A stretch of 64,000 nucleotides of DNA, from positions 5,344,001-5,408,000 of the forward strand of contig CM000152.2 of assembly GCA_000004695.1 (NCBI GenBank), given 5' to 3'. The stretch is from Dictyostelium discoideum (lineage: Eukaryota). Made by a program: the position numbers and the translations under genes. The notes under the pieces were generated by a model. The model worked only from the letters and a program-made list of their open reading frames with translations. It did not search any database and had not been told where the DNA came from. Within the stretch, counting starts at the first letter, position 1; each line of letters starts with the position of its first letter. This document shows, piece by piece, positions 59,343 to 64,000 of this stretch.

Positions 59343-60710
59343 ATCGTCATCTAAATCTATTACTATTTCATTTTTATTACCACTATTACCACCAACCATA
59401 TCATCATTATCATCTAATACAATTGATGAATTAAAATCAACACCTTTTTGTGATTGTTTTTTAGTTGGTGTATTTTTTATTATATCATCAATAACACCAC
59501 CACCACCACCACCACTACCAATTTCTTTAAAATCATCTTCGTCATCTGCTTCTTTTTCTAAAAGTGCTTCATCTTCATCACCATCTTCTACTAGTTCCTC
59601 TTGATCCTCTTCTTCTAATTCTTCTTCATATTCATCTTCATCACTATTATCTGATATTTTATTTAAATCTTCAATTTCATTTAAATCATCTAAATCATCA
59701 TTATTATTATTATCACTATCATTTTCTAAATCTATAAATTCATCATCTTCATTACCAATCTCGGGATCAGTATTTAAAAATGATATATCTCTTTTAATTT
59801 GTTTATTATTTCTTTCCAAGTAATCTTTTGCCATAGCTAATGCTTTTAAAAAACTACCACCACTACGATTTCTAAATGAAGCTTTCAATGTTGATGGTAT
59901 TTGTGTATTATCCAATCCCATAACTTCATTCATTTTTTTACCCCATTCATAATCATTTAAATGTTTTGTTCTAATTTCAAGTTCATTTCTAATTACTAAC
60001 CTTGGTTTGATTGGTTTAACTGTTGTTTCTTCTGTTTTTGATGCTATCACTTTTATATTTAATATTGAATTTGATTTTGTTGGTGATATTAATGATGATG
60101 ATGAATTTGTAATTGAATAATCAACCTCTTGTGTAGGCTGGTCCTCTTCCTCTTGGTCAATATTGATCTCTTTTTTTTCATTTATTATTATACATTCTTC
60201 TTCTTTTGATTTTTTATTTTTTACTTTTTTATTGTTTTTCTTTTTAATTTCTTTTTTTGGTTGGTAATCTTCATTATCTGTAGAATCTACTGATATTACA
60301 TTTGATATTGGTGGTGTTGTTGTTGTTGAGGTTGTTGTGGAATTGGTGGAAGTGATTGAAGTTGAAGTTGATGGTGTATCTTTTTTTTCAGATTCTATTT
60401 CATTAGTTGAATCATTTAATCCTGTTTTTGTGGGTTTTAATTCTGATACTTCTTCATTGATTTTAATTGTATTACTACTACTATTGATATCACTTTTATC
60501 TTCTTTTTTTATTTTTTTTACAGTTTTTTTTTTATTGTCGTTTAAAAGTGTCTCTAAATTAATGTCTAATGGTTTACTTCTTCTTGAAGAATTTCCAATA
60601 TTTTCATATGTTCTTTTATATACATTTTCTTGAGGGTTTTTAGATTTTATTGGTTCATCTACTTTTTCTACTTCATCTTTAACTTTTTCAATAATATTAT
60701 TATCCACCAT
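55711..60710 (-). CDS. SNF2-family DNA-dependent ATPase of the RAD5/HLTF type with an embedded C3HC4 RING finger (about 1640 aa); exons 56857..60710 and 55711..56779
   Basis: Exon 1 holds the SNF2_N motifs: DEMGLGKT (motif I), LIICPPSLVSQWKSEI, DESQ (DExx box, VIIDESQVCK), LSGTPISN, LLRREK and ...ILKNYAT, then a GTATGT donor (phase 2). The acceptor is ttttttag, and exon 2 begins VLALLLRLRQCCDHFHLI. A RING finger follows (CNSCKDIAVNPVKNHCGHDFCLDCFEDL...CPEC), then helicase-C motifs ([44 protein letters not shown]). The N-terminal half is acidic/poly-N/poly-T low complexity. Confidence 0.85.
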
Positions 60711-61786
60711 GCCTTTTTTTTTCTTTTTCTTTAAAACATGTATGCAGTTAAAAATTTATAGAAATAAATAAAACTTGTGGATGGCTTTTTTTTATTTTTT
60801 TTTTTTTTATTTTTTTTTTTTTTAAGTTATTCCAAATTTTTAAAGGGGAAAAAAAAAAAAAAAAAAAAAAAAATAAATAAATTAAAAATTTTTGATTTTT
60901 TCCCAAAATTAAAAGATTTCTTAGTGTTTTTAAAAATATCCAAACAATTAAATTTTTGATTAATTTGTGAATTTCTCAAAAATTAATTTTATTTATTTTT
61001 ATTTATTTTTTATCTTGTTTGGGGTTTCATAAAAAAAAAAAAAAATAAAACAAAAAAAAAAAAAAAAAAAAAAATAAAAATAAAAATAAAAATAAAAAAA
61101 AAAAAAAAAATAAATATAAAAAAAAAATAACAAATAAATAAAAACAAATATCATACCTTAAAATTAATTTTTAATCATAAAGAATCAAAATATTACCAGT
61201 GTAACTATATTATTTTTTAACGCCACAAATCTCACAATTAATTTTCAAATAATTTTTTTTTTTTTTTTGTTTTTTTTTTTTTTTTTTTTTTGTTTTTTTT
61301 TTTCAGAAAGTGACATTCGGAATGACAAAAAAAAGCGTCACTTTTATTTTACATAATTTTATTATAAGACCGAAAACAAAATAATAATATAACCATTGCA
61401 TTTAATATAACCATTATTACCATTATCATATGGATATAGACTATAAAATATAACCACCCGTTACCTTTAATATATAACCTCATTAATCATTTTTAAGGTA
61501 ATTAAACAAAGATCTTTAGAATTTTATAATAATTCTTAAATACGTCATAAAAAATGAAATAATCTATTTTTAAAATATAAAATGATATTATGGTTAGATA
61601 GTTATAAAACATTTTTCAAAATAAAAAATAAATAAAAAAAAAAAAACTAAACATTTTTTTTTTTAAAAAAACTATTTAAACATTGTTTTAAAAAATCATT
61701 TTAAATATTAATATTCATAAATCAAAAAAAACAAACAAAACAAAACAAAACAAACCAAAAAAAAAAAAAAAAACCAAAACAAAAAA

Positions 61787-63437
61787 ATGAAGATTTTAAT
61801 AACTTTATTATTAATATCATTTTTTATTAATTTTATTAAATCAGAATCAAAAATTTTAAAAAATTACGTTGAAAAAAAAGATAGTCATTATAAATGGAGT
61901 TTAAATGAAACATATGAAACAAATTTTAATTCAAAAATTTATATTCTTGAATTAACTTCTCAACAATGGATGAAGGATCATAGTGATAATAGTATTTGGA
62001 AACATTGGTTAACTATTTGTGTACCAAATGATTATTTGAATAAAAATAATAATAATGTTGGTCATATGCATATTACAGATGGTATAAATCAAAATTGGGC
62101 AACACCAACATTACAATCTCTAAATAAATTTAGTATGGATATTTGCAACCAAACATCAGCAATCACTTCAACTCTATATCAAGTCCCAAATCAATTCATT
62201 ACATTTGAAAATGACGGTATCCCAAGACAAGAAGATGACATAGTTGCATACACTTGGCGTAAGTATATAGATACTCAAGATTCAAATTGGGTTAGTTTAT
62301 TACCACAAACCAAAGCTGCTACCTCTGCAATGACTGCAATTCAAGAATTTGGAAAACAGAAATCATTCTACACGATTGAAAAATTCGTTGTTTCAGGTGC
62401 AAGTAAAAGAGGTTGGACCACTTATGGTATCGCAATGGTTGGTGATAAAAGATTAGCCGCTGCTATTCCAATGGTAATTGGTGTACCAAATTTAGTAAAA
62501 GGTATTAAAGAACAGTTCACCAGTTATGGCAATTGGTCATGGGCTCTTGATTCTTACCAAAATCAAGGTATTCCATCATTTTTCGATACAAAATATTTCA
62601 AAGTTGTCACAGATATTGTTGATCCTCTAAATTATTTAGATGTTATGAAAAGTATACCAAAATTTATTATTCTCACAGTTCATGATGAATTCTTTTTACC
62701 GTAAGTTTTTTTTAAATATATATTTTTTTATTATTATTATTAAAATAACTTTAAGTTATTAATACCATTTTTTTTTTTTTTTTTTTTTTTTTTTCAAAAG
62801 TGATTCAACTAAATACTTTTTTAATCAAATTAAAGGTGAAAAAAGATTAGGTATTTATCAAACTAATCATGGAGTTTCAAATTTTCAAGGTGTTTCAACT
62901 GAAGTTTCGAAATATTTTAAATTAATATCAAATAATCAAGTACGTCCTGAATTATCATGGAATATCGTTTACTCAAGTGATAACAATTCTGCTACAATTA
63001 ATATGAAAGTTGTTAAAGGTGGTACACCAAGTAAAGTAGTTGCATATTCAGTGGATACATTATCAAAAACCAAAAGAGATTTTAGAATGTTTACCTGCTT
63101 CTCTGATACTTGTTATCAAAATTACACAGGATTATGGAAAACTTATCCAATCGATTTAACAAATGATAATTCTTATTCATTCAGTTTATCAAGACCAGCT
63201 AATGGTGGATGGACTGCATTTTATTTTGAAGTAGAATTTGAAAATGCCAATGGTGATAATATCGCTCATATCAATACTGAATTGGCAATCGTACCAAATC
63301 AATATCCATTCTCACCATGTACTAAAGAAATTTGTGCTTCAGGCGTACCAGAATGGGTTCCTAATTCTTCAAGTATTTTATCAATCAACTCTATTTTAAT
63401 TTTATTAATTTCATTATTTAAATTTTTACTATTTTAA
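61787..63437 (+). CDS. PhoPQ-activated pathogenicity-related protein (PqaA) family secreted protein; exons 61787..62700 and 62801..63437
   Basis: It has a signal peptide, MKILITLLLISFFINFIKS. A conserved core VSGASKRGWTTYGIAMVGDKRLAAAIPMV follows. A GTAAGT donor at 62701 (phase 2) and the acceptor caaaag at 62799-62800 give CC|T = Pro and restore the frame of ORF 63003..63437. It ends in a hydrophobic tail, ILILLISLFKFLLF*. Confidence 0.8.
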
Positions 63438-63534
63438 AATTTTAAAATAATAATAATAGTAATAATAATAACAATAAAATAAAAATCAATTTTATTTTTT
63501 ATAAACAAATACAGTGTATCTTTTTTTCATTCAT

Positions 63535-63581
<47 letters not shown>

Positions 63582-63840
63582 TATATTTTTTTTTTTTTTA
63601 TATATTTATTTATTTAATACAATATCCGGGAATTTCCTAAAAATTTATTAAAACAATTGTTGATAAACCCCAAATGCTGAAACATTTTCAATAATTGATT
63701 GTTCTAAAAAAAATAAAAAAATAATAAATAAAAAACAAGTACCTTAGTATTTTGAATATTAAATAATCAAATAATTGCTAGTGTAATTATATTATTTTAT
63801 AATCCAATAAATCTCGCCAATAGCTTTGTCTTTTTTTTTG

Positions 63841-64000
63841 GTATTTTGAAGTAGAATTTGAAAATGCTAATGGTGATAATATCGCTCATATCAATACCGA
63901 ATTGGCAATCGTACCCAATCAAAATCCATTCACACCATGTACTAAAGAAATTTGTGCTTCAGGCGTACCAGAATGGATTCATAATTCTTTAAGTATTTTA
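63841..64000 (+). other. partial near-identical duplicate (about 93% identity over 160 bp) of the last-exon segment 63221..63378 of the PqaA-like gene, extending past the window end; a tandem paralog or a gene fragment
   Basis: The block gtattttgaagtagaatttgaaaatgc(t/c)aatggtgataatatcgctcatatcaatac... is found at both places. The differences mix synonymous (gcc/gct, cca/ccc) and non-synonymous (tat/aat, tca/aca, gtt/att) changes. Confidence 0.5.

Overview
This is AT-rich (about 75-80% A+T) eukaryotic nuclear DNA with the hallmarks of Dictyostelium discoideum or a close dictyostelid. Intergenic regions are long A/T homopolymer runs, introns are short (80-130 bp) with GTAAGT/GTATGT...AG boundaries, and exons carry many (AAT)n/(CAA)n tracts encoding poly-Asn and poly-Gln. 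No rRNA, tRNA, CRISPR or prokaryotic-style operons were seen. I can support about 24 protein-coding genes, most of them spliced by hand from the ORF track. In order along the window they are:
- a 5-prime-partial giant protein whose C-terminus looks VPS13/ATG2-like
- a rhomboid protease
- a serine beta-lactamase/PBP-like enzyme fused to a VanX-type D-Ala-D-Ala dipeptidase domain
- several low-complexity hypothetical proteins
- a GPI-anchored Ser/Thr/Pro-rich surface protein
- a cation diffusion facilitator (CDF) zinc transporter with a tandemly repeated His-rich loop
- RIO2 kinase (3 exons)
- a putative mitochondrial protein with a PD-(D/E)XK-like signature
- an ABCG half-transporter with an N-terminal Cys-rich ectodomain
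- a membrane-anchored PP2C phosphatase
- a large secreted Ser-rich protein broken by two single-base frameshifts
- two tandem ML-domain (NPC2-like) genes
- two tandem paralogous ~1000-aa genes
- a 1.5 kb degenerate (AAT)n tract
- a 1383-aa Asn-rich protein
- a SPRY-domain protein
- a RAD5/HLTF-like SNF2-RING helicase
- a PhoPQ-activated pathogenicity-related (PqaA) family protein, with a partial duplicate of its 3-prime end at the window edge.
A 90-bp run of N at 21711-21800 marks an assembly gap. The most notable candidates are the beta-lactamase-VanX fusion (a possible bacterial-cell-wall-directed enzyme in a bacterivore), the atypical ABCG architecture, the frameshifted adhesin-like gene, and the repeat-laden region between 48.4 and 54.1 kb.
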